DNA of 63,983 nucleotides, filler included, from Basidiobolus ranarum (lineage: Eukaryota): the NCBI GenBank assembly GCA_040143965.1. It is 4 parts of 4 records of this genome, joined end to end, with 100 filler letters (N's around TTAATTAATTAA, not from the genome) between each part and the next. Parts side by side here need not be neighbours in the genome. Positions count along the whole stretch, not along the records: positions 16,890 to 33,627 come from JASJQH010007207.1; positions 33,728 to 50,463 come from JASJQH010007208.1; 2 more parts are not named here. The stretch is one strand, 5' to 3'. The position numbers were made by a program, and so were the translations under genes. The first letter of the stretch is position 1. Each line of letters begins with the position of its first letter. Under the pieces are notes generated by a model. That model was not told the DNA's origin. It saw only the letters and a program-made list of their open reading frames with translations, and made no database searches. Shown piece by piece: positions 24,515-38,231 of this stretch.

Positions 24515-26295
24515 ATGTCAGAAGAAGAAACATTAGAGGTAAATAGATAACATACATGAACAGCCACACTTTTTTGTTTTTATATATCTCTTGCTTTTAC
24601 AGGAAGCTGAAAAGAGTTCTTCTTAGTCAAGCGTTTAGAGAATAGTGACTGTCAGGATGTCAGTGTCTATCATTGAATGGAAGGAACAATACAGGCCCGT
24701 ACTAAAAGAGTTGGTTCATAACGTGAATGAAGATTTTTTCGTGAAGTCTTTTTGTCGCTTGTTGACAAACGGGTCAGAGATGGAAGTACGACTGGTAAAT
24801 CCTGGCTTTTATCCGAAGTGCGTCAGGCAAGAGAGAAAATAAACGCTTATAAAGAAGAATATTGTCAACTTGCTTCGTATGCACCTATTGAATTGACGAA
24901 TGCTCAACAAATAGCAACCAATGAAAGCACCAAGATTCATACCGCCTACATTAATAATGTAGCTCTTCACTTTGGAAATCGTCTCAGAATGTTTCTAAAC
25001 AAGGTTTTACAAAAAAAGAAAAGATCGAGAAGCTGACCCAAGATGTGAAAAACAACAGCTGCTCAGAAGAGGAAATAAAAACTTCAGTCAAAGCCAATAT
25101 ACTTGATGTTTGCGATAAGATTAAAGCAGAAATATCTTCAAGAACTGTACCAACTGCCCCCAGCAAATTTCTTGGATGACATGGCTGTGCGTGGAATTCA
25201 AAACTTTTTGGATGTTTACCCAGACAATTACAAGGCTCTGTTTACTACGATACCAAAGCAAACCCGCAGCAGCATTTACGCGCATTCTATATGCTCGCAA
25301 AAATATGCAAAGATAATGATATGAAAACGTTTAACTGCTTCCTACTGCGAAAAGGCTTTATCCCTTCTTATATGACAATAGATACTAAGATCTTGAACTA
25401 TCATATATTGAAAAACAAGAATTTCACTGGAAACAAGGTTGATATTTGGGGTAATGTCGTTAATCTAAAATGTAAAGCTCTTAAAAGTCAAAACGCCAAG
25501 ACAATGAAGTTTGAAGGGACCATTGAAACAGACGGTGTCGGTATGTCTATACTCAAACGGAACTTTAGCACTGCCAGAAGAGGCGCTTTAAGCGGTCACT
25601 GGAAAATGATGAAAGCCAGTGTTTCAAAGGCACTAAAAAGCTACTATTGTAATAACGAAGATATGACTCCTTTGGAGTTAAATGCTGGAGTTCAGTATCT
25701 GGAAGGTCTTACTGAAGTAAAGTCAGTTACTAATGAAAAATAAAGTTCTCTTCAAATTTTTTGCTAATTCTTGGTCAGATTAGTCTATTAATTTTGCTAA
25801 AGTAAATTCGGAGAATATGCTGTCTTAGTATTAGGTGACTGGTCATCTGCGAATATGAAATTTCATGAGCCAATTAGAGGGAAAGGAATGCGACGTATGC
25901 TGCGAAAAGCAGGGTTCGAAGTTCTGTTGTTGAACGAGTTCCACACTTCAAGTTTTTGCTCCGAATGTGAACTCTCAGAATTGGAAAAATTCCAAACTAT
26001 TCCAAACCCGAGAGTTTTTAGAAGAAACAAGATGCCAACAGTAAAATGCCATGATTTTTTAAGGTACTGTCCGAGATACAAAAAGAGAGAAAAGAAAATG
26101 AAAGCTAATATTTTTTCGTCAAATAGGTGCACAAACCAAAATTGTTTGAAGACCACGCCAGCCAGTAGCATTAGACGACTTTGGAACCGAGACCTTGCTG
26201 CAGTACTTAATTTCCGTCATATCTTAACTTCGCTCTTAGAGAAAAAGATACTAGTCCTGACCGACTTATGCCCAAAAGCAAGACGCCCCAGGTAA
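24515..26295 (+). pseudogene. Degenerate Fanzor (eukaryotic TnpB-like RuvC nuclease) element
   Basis: AQQIA..E.TKI.TAY.NN...HFGNRLR; FEGTIETDGVGMSIL; LVLGDWS..NMKFHEPIRGKG; LLNEFHTSSFCSEC (RuvC-II + Zn finger); CTNQNC; RRLWNRDLAAVLNF (RuvC-III). Has stops, frameshifts and no recognisable RuvC-I DPG segment. Confidence 0.78.
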
Positions 26296-26863
26296 AGGAA
26301 AAGGCAAGCAAGAGGAAAGCCAAGAATCAAACTCTCTTCCTCCTCAGTCATCGCTGTAAACACCCATAGTACAGGTAAGATTTTAAGAAATATGTTAATC
26401 GTCTAGAAATCATCATGTCCACAAAAAAAAACTAAAAGGTCTAGTTTTACTGTGGACATTCGTCTGAATAGTTTTTTATGATTGTCTAATTATTTTTTTG
26501 CAGAACCCTGTAGAATGGCAGAGGAAGTTCGTCTAACTTGACTAATTTGTAGAACCACTTATTATTTAGCTAGATCACCCGTCGAGGTTGAGTCAAATCG
26601 CATACGTGTTAAGTTTGTTTATGCTTAGTATTTTTACTCATAGTCGAGATTTTGCTAGGGCCACAGAATGGTCATTCGCTGAAGGAAGGGGTAAGAATAG
26701 AGCGTGCCTGAACCAATACTGGATTTAGACCTATCAGACTTAATATTTTTATTGAAATTTCATTATCTGCGGTTATCCGTATTGATTTTCCTTCCCTCTC
26801 GCAATTTTCTGTGTATCTCTTGAACTCTCTCCTATTCTTTTTTTATAAGTTTGATTTTTTAGC

Positions 26864-28516
26864 ATGGGACAAACCCTTTCTGAGCCTGTTGTTGATAAGC
26901 ACACGACTTTTCACGGGAATGATCGTTTAATCTATGGTGCTTCTGCCATGCAAGGATGGCGAGTGAGTATCCTTTTGTTTGAATATGTACTTAGGTTATA
27001 TGTGTTTTCAAGCAGAACAGACTTGGATTCAGAATTTGGCTGAATAAGCATTTTTGCTGGTCAAATGGAGACCGTTCTCCCGAAGTTACTTGATGACTTT
27101 CACACATTGTCATAGTTGCAACACGAATTTTTTGTTATACGCCTTCACCTCTTGATTAACTTTAAAGCAATGGAAGATGCACATACTACTATATTAGATT
27201 TGAAAGATTTAAAAGACACAAGTTTCTTTGGAGTATACGATGGTCATGGTGGTATGTATCATTAGGTGCTTTGCACCGATGAATACTTGTATTTAATTTC
27301 TACTCTAATATTGCTAGGTAGAGGGGCTGCAAAATATAGCGGTGAACAACTGCATGAACGTATTGTTAAGGATGAAGCGTTCACTCAAGGCGATTACGCT
27401 CTTGCAATGAAGCATGGGTTCTTAGGAGCTGATTCTGATCTCAGAGGAGGTAAACTAGATCGTCTTGCATTTTAGCGTTTTATTTACTAAACGTTGATTT
27501 CTATTCACCGACTTAGATCCCGAGTTCATTCATGACTCATCTGGCTGTACCGCTGTCACTGCCCTCATCACTCCCGATAAGAGAATCTTTGTGGTATATA
27601 CTTGTCTCACTTTTGATCGAAAAAAGCAAAACACTTATGATACTATTATCCATAGGGAAATGCTGGTGATTCTAGAGCTGTCATGTCGGCCGGTGGGAAA
27701 GCCAAAGCACTATCTGAAGATCACAAGCCAGTGAATGAAGGTACTTCGTGTATTGCAACACTTCTACATTATTGTCGGTAATTCACACATATATCAGGTG
27801 AATCTGCTCGTATTGTTGCCGCTGGTGGCTTTGTCGAGTTTGGCCGAGTTAATGGTAGATATAGTTCATTAGCATTTACTAGATGTAAATATCAGATTAG
27901 AATCAACCATTTATGATGGGTTCGTTGGTTTTAGGTAACTTGGCCCTATCTCGAGCCATTGGTGATTTTGAGTTTAAACAGAATCTCAAGTTAAACCCTG
28001 AGGACCAGATTGTCACTGGTATTTCTCGATTTCGGTTTACTTCATCATACTCACCTTGCTAAATCTTTTGCTACCGTATAGCTAACCCTGATGTTGAAAT
28101 GCATGCCTTGACTCCTGAAGATGAATTCATTGTCTTGGCTTGTGATGGTAATTACTTCATTCGCATCATAGTTAGATTTCCAAATGCTAAGTGATGTTTT
28201 CTAAATAGGTATCTGGGATTGCATGACCTCAGAAGAAGTTATCGAGTTTGTCAGAGCTAAAATCGCTGAGAATCAAACATTGGCCCAAATATGTGAAAGC
28301 ATGATGGATCACTGTCTAGCATCTGATAGTGAGCTTGGTGGGGTTGGGTGTGATAACATGACGGTCGTAATTGTCGGCTTCCTTCAAGGTAAATCTGAAG
28401 AAGAATGGTATCAATGGGTTCGTGAGCGTGTCCAGAAGGAGAGCTCAGAATCCGGAATCTCTGCTCACTTGACTGAAAACGAAGAGAGCAATGTTGAAAC
28501 AGCTCAAGAGTCCTGA
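26864..28516 (+). CDS. PTC2: Protein phosphatase 2C (Ptc2/Ptc3 type), many introns
   Basis: [76 protein letters not shown] motifs. Confidence 0.93.
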
Positions 28517-30414
28517 GAGCTGACACAAACGACAGGTTTTGTAAAACTTTTTTGGTCATTCGCTCTAATATGTTTGAAGCTCCATTTTATAATGTATATT
28601 GCCTATGACATTTCACTTCACTTTTCTACTCTTGTCCTATTAAAACAAACCGCCTCGAGCATAACTCCAGGACGGCCCCCACCACGTTTTATTCACGCTC
28701 CACACCCTCATAAACCCTGAATTGGTCGTCTGTTACCTCAATTCTCTACAGGGGTTTGTGTTAAGAATCTCGTTTTTTGATCTCCATGATTCATTCTATG
28801 AATATTCATCGACACACTTTGTTAATCCTACTTTATATTTTTGTGTGTTGTATTAAAGCCTCAAGGCCCATGACGTCTAAGAAAAAAGATAGACAAGCCA
28901 TTTCCCTTGTTTAGACAGGCGCGATTTTAGCAAGGATTAAGGTACCAGATATCGGTTGCAACTGTGTTAAGTATTTATACATCTATATATGGATTCACTA
29001 TTGCAGTTCCCAAGACTAGTTGCACAACTAATCTGCGCCAACAGCTCATGATCCAATTCGCTCCTCTACAAATGAGAAGCAGCAAGGCAGTGATACAGCA
29101 TCAAGTGGTTACATAGTATAAATGATGTTCAGCTTTTCTGGAAACCCTATTGTCTGAATCGGCATATGTGATGATGATTCTAGAGAGGACCGATATATAT
29201 AGCTATATATAGTTCTAGTAATTCGTGGACTAGTTTGGAAATGAATCTGGGGGCGGCTTATTTCTCCCCACATATCGTCACCAATGATTACTGCATTGCA
29301 TTGAACGATGGTAGCGTATAGTTACCAGCGATGCCAGTAACCAACGTAATAGCTACCATATATCGATAGTCATCGCCACCACTCGAGCACCAAATCAAGC
29401 AACGTATGGATTCCGCCTCAACCGACTTGACGAAATGGAACATGACTTCATCCAGCCCAAACCATTTGTTCTGAGAATTCCACTCTTGACCGCATCTTGC
29501 GTACGCCTTGGAATCAGCCATAACGGACTGCCGATGTGGATGTCGTCAGTAGCAGTTGATCAGACAATGTGTGAGCAGCAACCGCTACAGGTGGGTCATT
29601 ATCGGCAATTAGTGCGTTAGTGCTGAAGATTCTCGCGCGCTCAGCCGAGTGTTTGAGATCAGTTCCATGAGAGGACATCACCAATCCGCCACATCTGATT
29701 GAAGAGAACTACATTGAACCATCCCAAAACTAGAAATATATTTCGGCGCATCTTGGGCATTGAATCAACATCCATTTACGAAATTTTCATTTACAGAAAC
29801 GTAGTCGAACGCCGGCCGATGATTGGCTAGTGCCCATCGGAAATGATGCAAAGGTTTGGATCTTTGCCTCAGCCCAATCACAATCCGATATTACTTTGGA
29901 CTGAAGCTGAAAATCATTGCTGTTGTGGGCCCATTAAGAAAATCTCTGCTAATTATCACGCGGCTACGACATTCCTGCTTCAATCAGGTTCCACTGTATG
30001 AGATGGCATATTTTCTCTTTATGGAAAAGTTAATTTTAGATGATCCAATATCAGCTCAGATCTCGTCAATATCGCTGAGGAGCCAGTTATCGATTCCTAC
30101 TCTTAATCTTAGATTAGGCTTTCCTTTTAAACATTCCTTATATTTAAATTACTCAAAAGGCTCATCAAGAATACCAATTGACCTGAGTCAAAAAGTTGGG
30201 CGGTGCTTTTGTAAAGAGTGTTATTGGGATACTCATTTTTTTCCACTTTGCTGAGTACTTCTGTTTTGACTTTCCCCTCTGAAGAAGCAAACCAAAAGCT
30301 GTCAAGCCCATATAGCTTCTATACCACTAATTTTACCTTCTGTATCTTACATATACCCTTAAGTTATTCCTCTTCATCACTGTTCCATTTAAACCCCATA
30401 CCGACATTTCAGCT

Positions 30415-31632
30415 ATGAAATTCTTTCCGAAGTCGACAAAACATTCTCTCTCGATAGTTCTATATGCTTGCATCTCTATACTCTTCATAAATAGTACTGA
30501 TGCTGATCCTTTAACCAATGGTACTAAGTGGTTTTTGTTTTTGAGCACAACCTCTTCTCCAAAGTTCAACCTTTCCTAACGTCTTGCTATTTTTTTATGT
30601 GTTTGTTAAAGATATCCCATGTAGTCCTCAACTATATTGTTCCCCCAATTTCAATGTTACCTGGATTGTTGGAAGTTCACAGATGCTTCGTTGGAACAAG
30701 TATTATGGCACCCTGGTGGCCAAACCTACAGTTGATATTTACCTCTATGAAATGAGTGACACTCGCATACCTCTCAAAACATGGCCTGACCATAATAACG
30801 AAGGCATTCTACCAATAACTGTAACCCCCGACTATTTTCAAGAGATCCCAAATAGAACAGATAACGTCAATCTCATCAGGTGGTATAAATTTGTTGTCAC
30901 CACTCAAGGCGGCTCCCCAAACACTTCGGAGGCTGGTCCGATATTTAAAATTCAAGGTAAACGAGACGGAGCATATCTCGGATTAACTTACTCTCTAACA
31001 TCATTTAATTTTTTATCATCCAGATAATATCCCCACCCCTTCTCCGTCAATATTCACCACCGTCATAACCGTAACAGCTACACCTTCTGACCATGTCCCA
31101 AGGCCAGATTTTGATTTAGGCTCAAGCGGTGTCTCTAGTAAGACCATTGGTATAATCATTGGAAGTATTCTTGGTGCATTGGCTGTTGGAGCATATCCTT
31201 TTTTCAGCGGATTCTAATAAATTGCTAGTTTTTTTGGAATAGTGATATAATGAATATTTCTCTTCCAGTGAAGCATCATCCTTGACTATTTTTACTCTGA
31301 TCTTCTTTTTACTTAGACGCAAAAATCGTATGAACAGGTCGACTACCGGTGTCATCGCTAGTGAAAAATCCGAAAACTCTCCCTCAACCAATGCCAATCG
31401 GAATGTACCGAATACAATGAGCAGTGGACAAACCTCCAACACGGCAGAATCTAGTGTCAGGAGAGGTGACTCGGTTCAGTCTACCTTTCCATTAACAGCA
31501 GGTGTAGGAAGCAGTAGTAGCAACGACAACCAATTTGTTAAATTGACAGAAAATGAGGCGAAGCTAATTGCCGACGCATATCGCAAATCATTACGCAAAC
31601 CTGGTTGGGACGATGCCGAAGGCTCCAACTAG
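30415..31632 (+). CDS. Type I single-pass membrane protein (signal peptide, beta-rich ectodomain, S/T linker, TM, cytoplasmic tail)
   Basis: MKFFPK...LFINSTDA signal peptide; TM IGIIIGSILGALAVG...IFFLL followed by RRKNR; GT-AG introns join the ORFs. Confidence 0.6.
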
Positions 31633-33627
31633 GACCCAACTGACTGACACCACTCTAGAAACCTAATGCCGATAATTTCACACTCCTGATTGTAGTACAC
31701 ATATTGCTATTTTTTGCTTTGCATCAATCTTACTCGGAATAGTGGGAAATTTTGTTGATCATCTTTAGTACGCATTACATGATATATTTCATCCCCTTGT
31801 GTCTTAATATTTCTCTTACTTTTCAAGTAGCATTTTGACTATTATTTTTTAATACGTTATCGGTAATCACTCTCCTTTCTACATCTCCTTTTATCTCAGT
31901 TTCCGTACCTTTCATTTTATTACTTTTCAATTTTTGCTCGCCTTTAGTTGACTTTGAGGTTTGGAGTTAATGTTACTACCATCGTTTCAAAGATTGGCTA
32001 CCGCACTACATCTGAGAGGTGGGTTAGAAATGTTCATCTTTCAGCCAAACATTGTGGTCAAGACTCGGATTTCCTCACCTCCCCAGCACCCAACCGAACA
32101 CCCATTTTTTTGCTTCATCTTCATCCCAAGTATCATCTTTTCCAATCAATCCTTCTAATCCATGGATACTGTAAATAAACAGAGGGAACAATTTCGAATT
32201 TTCAATTCACATCACCGTTTGGTACGCCAGTGTTCCATATTGCTCATAATGAAGAAAGCTAACAATGCAAGATACTGTATATTGAGTCCACTGAACATGC
32301 TAACTGGCTCGCTACCACAATCAAGTTATGTACTGGCTGTGGCTGAGAGACCTTTACTAGTACACTAGATAGAGTCCAATACAATGCCATGATTTCAATA
32401 TCATTAGAGCCCGTCAAAACTGACCTATCTATAAACACAATAACAAATATTCTCACTGACAATAGTAGAGAGGTACAAGGTACACACTAACAAAATTCAT
32501 ACAAGCGTTTGATCCTTCTGGAGAAATGGATTTCTCGGCAATTTAAACCAAAATATGGCATATCACCTGGTGGGGCTATTCCTGGTCTTAATTTGAGAGA
32601 TTGGTTGCCCTAATTCAACACACGATGTTTATCACAAATAGCCTTTGCTTTGTGTAGCATCATTGGGTGATTGTTTAGATCAAGGGCAATTCCTAGTCAA
32701 AAGCCGAAGTAGGTTTGTCCCAATATTATTCAGGTTGGCCGCTATACTGTCATCAATATGGCCAGGAGTCAGTTTCTAGGATAATTTCTTCTTGAAAAGG
32801 CGATGTGCACTCGGATAATTTTGTGATTGGGCCGCTAAAGCGATAAATGTACCCAATTGCCCTTAATATCCACCCTCCTATCTGAAGCCGAGGAAGCTCC
32901 CCTCCGCCACACCACTCTTCTGCCGCTCGTGGAGAAAGACCTAGAGTCGATGGGCAGCCAGATAAATCTAGCCTTCTTTTTAGAACCTCAACCTGCATCG
33001 GCGCTATTGGCGACCTTGATTATCTAGAAACCTGTGCTCCCGATTGACTGGAGATTTAGGCATTGTATGGGTATTTGCTCTGGAGATTCATGTGGTGGAA
33101 GAGCTCTTCTGGGCCTTGGAGGTTACTTTCCCTTCCCATCAGCCACATTTACGTGAAAGTATAACTGAAGTGTAACGCCCAACCTCGTCCCTATGGGAGA
33201 TCCGCTGCTTATAATTGGACTTTGGCACATCTCTATTTGGGGAGGGTAAAAATTTTACGTGGGACCGGACGTACAAGATTTAGGTTTTAGTATTTTACCA
33301 CATTTTTCAGAGTCAATTGGAATCTTCTGATTATATTCGAGCTCAAGTACCATGAAAATTCCTGCAGTCACTTCATATTTCAATCACTTCAAGCCTAATG
33401 GCTAGCCAATCATACTCGTTCCTTGGATGAGGCTGTAATGACCGTATCCTGGATACGTCTTATCGACATATTTCGGACATGGTCCCCTGCCACAATATTT
33501 ATGCAGTTTTATCAATTCAAATTTATCATTAGAACGTTGGAATTTTCCGTTGATTCGATTTTTCTGTGAGCCTACAAGTTCACTTGTAACATCACGCCCT
33601 TTCCACTTCACCCTTCCTCTCTTTGCT

Positions 33628-33727
33628 NNNNNNNNNNNNNNNNNNNNNNNNNNNNNNNNNNNNNNNNNNNNTTAATTAATTAANNNNNNNNNNNNNNNNN
33701 NNNNNNNNNNNNNNNNNNNNNNNNNNN
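33628..33727. other. Artificial contig linker
   Basis: N44-TTAATTAATTAA-N44. Confidence 0.97.
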
Positions 33728-33833
33728 ACAAAACTATAAATGTCAACTTTCTACTCAATAAATCAATAAGTGAAAACCACCAATTCCTCTAATTCTCCAA
33801 ACCACTTCCAACAGGCTCCCAAATACTTTAACA
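33728..33833 (+). mobile_element. 3' part of a copia LTR, cut by the contig end
   Basis: Nearly identical to 56417-56522; ends ...CCCAAATACTTTAACA. Confidence 0.85.
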
Positions 33834-33914
33834 AAGTTAACTATGATGTTGAATAAAGATTAATTATCCAACACCAACAGATATTGATGCAAAAGATCCT
33901 GATCACTCAAACAC

Positions 33915-34244
33915 TGTTAAAGTATTTGGGAGCCTATTGGAAGTGGTTTGGAGAATTAAAGAAATTGGTGGTTTTCACTCATTGATTTATTTGGTATTCA
34001 GTTGACATTTATACTTTTGTCAAGATGTAAGCCACCTAATGTGTACAATGTGTAAAGGAAGGTCCCAGGAACACGTGTGCAAAGTCTGGGGCTCCTGGCC
34101 CAAATTTGAAAAAATCTATATATCTGAGAACTTTGAGGTAAATTCCTGATGAGAATAATGGGTAATATCTTAGTTCAATAAAAGATAACTAAATACTAAG
34201 CTATAAATAACTATATAGGTGTTTAGGCAATGCTAATTTCAACA
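33915..34244 (-). mobile_element. Solo copia LTR with 5-bp target-site duplication AACAC
   Basis: TGTT...AACA termini; AACAC at 33910-33914 and 34245-34249; homologous to 199-547. Confidence 0.9.
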
Positions 34245-34765
34245 AACACACATTCCTTCCAATTCACAATAGCCTCCGTACAACCCCCCCTCATTCCTTA
34301 GTAGAAAGTTAAAACTGTGTCATTTCAAATGTATTTACTGATTCCTATTGAATTAATATGAATACAACTTAAGAGCAAAAAGATGGCACTATCAATACCA
34401 GCGCTTGGGCCACAATGAGACAGACATATACATATTATATTAATGTGGGTTGAGTAGAATATTTATGCAGTGATTACAAATATACAAGGAGAATATAAAC
34501 TTTGTATGTGATTAATGACATATTTATCAGTGTGCAGAGGCTGATTGTAATATATCATATGGTACCTAGCCATGTGATTGTCAAAGTTTCACCGTTTTTC
34601 AAGTGATATCAAAAAAATCCAAGCCATCACTCCTGGTTAAAATTCTCTCACACTGCAAAAATTTGTATCCAAAATAGATTCCCAATCTTATCCATATATT
34701 CCGAATAAACAGGTTTTTTCAGATATATTGAGTTTTGCGATAGTCAAATTTCATACAATTAACTT

Positions 34766-34931
34766 TAACATGTGCAAGTCCATCTTGAATAGAATTCCTC
34801 CAGTAACATGTGCAAGTCCATCTTGAATAGAATTCCTCCAGTAACTAATATTGATCTCTGACATCGCCAGTGTAATATGGGCATTGGTCTAAATTCATTT
34901 GATATTGCATTGGTCTAAATTCATTTGATAT
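34766..34931. repeat. Two adjacent perfect tandem duplications (38 bp x2 and 26 bp x2)
   Basis: TAACATGTGCAAGTCCATCTTGAATAGAATTCCTCCAG twice; GCATTGGTCTAAATTCATTTGATAT twice. Confidence 0.85.
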
Positions 34932-35336
34932 CACAAATTATTTCTTAAATATTGAGGTGCACACTTCGGGATGTGTTTAATGTATCCAAAATAGTGGCCA
35001 CAGTTTGATGTATTCAAAATACAAGATACAAAATACACGGTAGGTGGCTAATAAATATGCGTTTGAAGTAATTTTATCTGAAGGAGCACTGGGAGTATTC
35101 TCCAACATTTGTGTAACCCACCTGGGGCTTTCGATCCTGGTAAAAACAATTTCCATCATAAATACTAGGCAGATATTATCGCAAATGAAGTATTGCTTGT
35201 GGTTATTGTCTCACTAAAAAGAGCAGTATTTGTGCGGAGTCTTTGTGTAGGGTGTCACATACTGCTAAATCTATCTTGCATATCAGATTGTTTTCAGAAA
35301 TGGATTTTATAGTGGGAAAATAATCATCACATATTG

Positions 35337-36404
35337 CTAGCAAAAAGGACCAAAAACAACATTCCAATATCTTAAATGAGCCACGAAGTTAATGGAAGGG
35401 AATTCGGAAATAGTGCAACGTGGATCCTCTGCGCTAGACCCATCGTCGCAATGTACAGTCTTGCGAGTTAAGCCTTTGATATACACTTCATGAGGAGAGT
35501 GTCTATATGAGCCAGAGGGAACGCGTGGCACAGGATCCCATCGATTGGTGACACGGATCATGTTCTTGGTCACAGTAGAGTTGGATAAGGTCTTGTAAGC
35601 TAGCCTGGCAAAGTTCTCATTTCCAACTCTTGGTTGTCCATAGGTGTGAAGGTATATGTTAGCCAGATTTATGCTCTTGGCCGGAGGTGTAATGCAACGA
35701 GGACTTTTTGGATTTAATAGATGTCTCTTGATCTCCATAGCTCCCACCACAGCAACTGCACCACCCTATTGATTATAAAATGTTCAGAATAAAAAATCAT
35801 GGAATACTCAATGCTAAAGAGACTTACAAGGGAGTGGCCTGTCACGAGTAACTTATAATCCTTGGGGTCCTCTGGAAGTTGGCTTATCACTTGAGTAAGC
35901 CCAGAGATTACATCCTTGGAAACGCTGTTATAAGTGTCCCAGAATCCATAATGTACCTTTGTTCCTTTCGCGGAGTCTGGATACTCAAAATTCGTGGGTA
36001 GAATTTGCAAATTCTTGAACCAGTTCTTGATATTGGAGGACCTAATTTCATCTTGATTGTTAACCCCGCTCTCTATTGTTTCAAATATCTTCATAGAAAA
36101 CATACCCTCTAAATGCTACTATGATAGTCTTTTCATCGTGATTCACCCCAACGTAGCCTGCCATTCCGGTGGCACTATTCTCAAAATAAGTTGCTACTTT
36201 GACATTCCCTGGGCATCGACTACCACAGTCCCATTTGCGCACTCTCTCTCCACTACAATAAGCGGCAGCAGCATAATTGCTGTGGTGAATAAGCATATCT
36301 TTGGTTACCCTTTCAACCTCTATATCACCGCGCTTAACGATAGCCACCGGTGAGGCAAGTGCCAGAGATGCCGAGCAAAGAATCAGGAACGGAAGAATTC
36401 TCAT
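35337..36404 (-). CDS. Secreted class 3 lipase, 3 exons
   Basis: Signal peptide and KR site; YAAAAYC, IIVAFRG, VHYGF, VTGHSL|GGA nucleophile elbow split by an intron, TYGQPRVGN, DPVPRVP, H.RY. Confidence 0.92.
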
Positions 36405-37445
36405 CTTGAAGTCTAATGGAAGGAAATGCAGCAAGATGAAGTTTTTTGTAGCTCAATGAATGTTATTTATAGTTGAGACGGTTGCTTTGCTACACACGAA
36501 AGTTCTTTGGTTGAGTTATTACTCTAAAGCCCGGTACTACAAGTCAAGGTAGCCTGCATTCAGAGTTTACCAAATTTGTGTGTATTACCAGATTACTCGC
36601 AACCGTATTGTGGCTGCATTAAGAAAGTAACGGCAACTCATCCTCGACTGTTACTTGTTACATTACTAAATCAAATGGATTCTACTTTTACCTTTTGATC
36701 TACAAGCGACTGCGAAATATTATTCTATATATTCAGTTTTGATGGAATATTTATAGGCGTCGAGCGATTTGGGAAAACTATTGGAGTCCTGAGAAAGGGA
36801 AAGCCACATGTATTACCAAAGTACCATTATGTTACGGCCGCCAGTTATATGAAGTTTCAGCGCTTCAGTTCCGCTAGCAACTTGAGATTGTTGCTAGTTT
36901 TCTGCATGCAAAATCTACCACTTTAATTTTGTCGATGAGGTATTTCGAAGAGAAGCTATTGCCAAAGTACATAAATTGCAAGACAAATAAAAATCATAAA
37001 TATGGAATTCAATATTTTTTGCTGAACATGTTTAGACGTAGGAATAGATATCAACTATGGAAATAGATTGTCTCAATTAGGAGCTTATCCAATCACGTTT
37101 ATTGTACGTAGCAGCACTTATTTTGGCATCTCTCTCCTCGGATCACACTCCTTGACTTTGCCCCTATTCTCACCCTTACTCACCCTTATCAATCGCGATA
37201 CTGATCTCTCCTGTATACAGATATCCACGACTGGTAATAATCAACAATATGAGTAAATGCAAGTGTGTACTTTAATCATCCTTTCCTGCTGTGTTTTTGA
37301 TTTACGTTGATTGGCTAAAGACCTTGTTCATTGAAAGTATCTTTTACCAATTCACTCCTTTTTCTGTCTTTTATTTAGATTTCTTCGTCTTGGGTTTATT
37401 TGACTTTCTTCTCATTCCCTATTTTCCTAACACTTGAACCTTACT

Positions 37446-38231
37446 ATGGCTGATATAAACGAATATTGTCCTCACTTTGCACCATTCTTTGGTTTTTCTG
37501 GTGTTTGTGCCGCCATGGTACTGAGCTGTAAGCATTTCAACGCCTCAATTTGAATTTATCAATTTACTCCCTCTTGATACCACCCGCCAGCTGTCTTTTT
37601 ATCAATATTTATTGAATATGAAAATATACCTAACCTTTATTTCTCGTATCTGTTTAGCTGCTGGTGCCGCATATGGTACTGCTAAAGCTGGCATGGGAAT
37701 TGCTGGTATGGGTACTTTTCGCCCCGAATTGATCATGAAGGTATATAATGATTACATAAAGCAGCTGTTAATCATAATAGTAATATACTTACCTTGATGT
37801 TATGCACTATATTTTAGTCTTTGATTCCAGTAGTAATGGCTGGTATCATTGCAGTTTATGGTTTAGTTACCTCAGTTTTAATTTCTGGTAACTGTAAGTA
37901 TTCTTCGCTTTGTATGCCTCATATAAGACCATTACTCATAACATGATTTCGTTTTGTGCTATTTAAAATAGTGAGTCCTACCGATGGATATTCTCTTTTA
38001 TCTGGCTTCGTTCATATGGGGTCAGGTATTGCCGTTGGCAGCACTGGCCTTGCCGCTGGTTATACTATTGGTATTGTAGGAGACTCCTGTGTTCGTGGTT
38101 ATGCTTTGCAACCTCGCCTCTTCGTCACCATGGTGTTAATTCTCATTTTCGCTGAAGTTTTGGGACTCTACGGACTTATTGTCTCCCTTATCATGAATAC
38201 CAAAGCCGAGAATAGTATTTGCAAACGTTGA
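37446..38231 (+). CDS. VMA11: V-ATPase proteolipid subunit c'
   Basis: [60 protein letters not shown]; 4 exons. Confidence 0.88.

Noticed and set aside
29288-29830. GC-richer stretch with short ORFs
   Set aside because: No recognisable protein motif; possibly a decayed gene but not supportable.
32700-33627. Possible retroelement remnant at the contig end
   Set aside because: No RT, RNase H or integrase motif could be identified with confidence.
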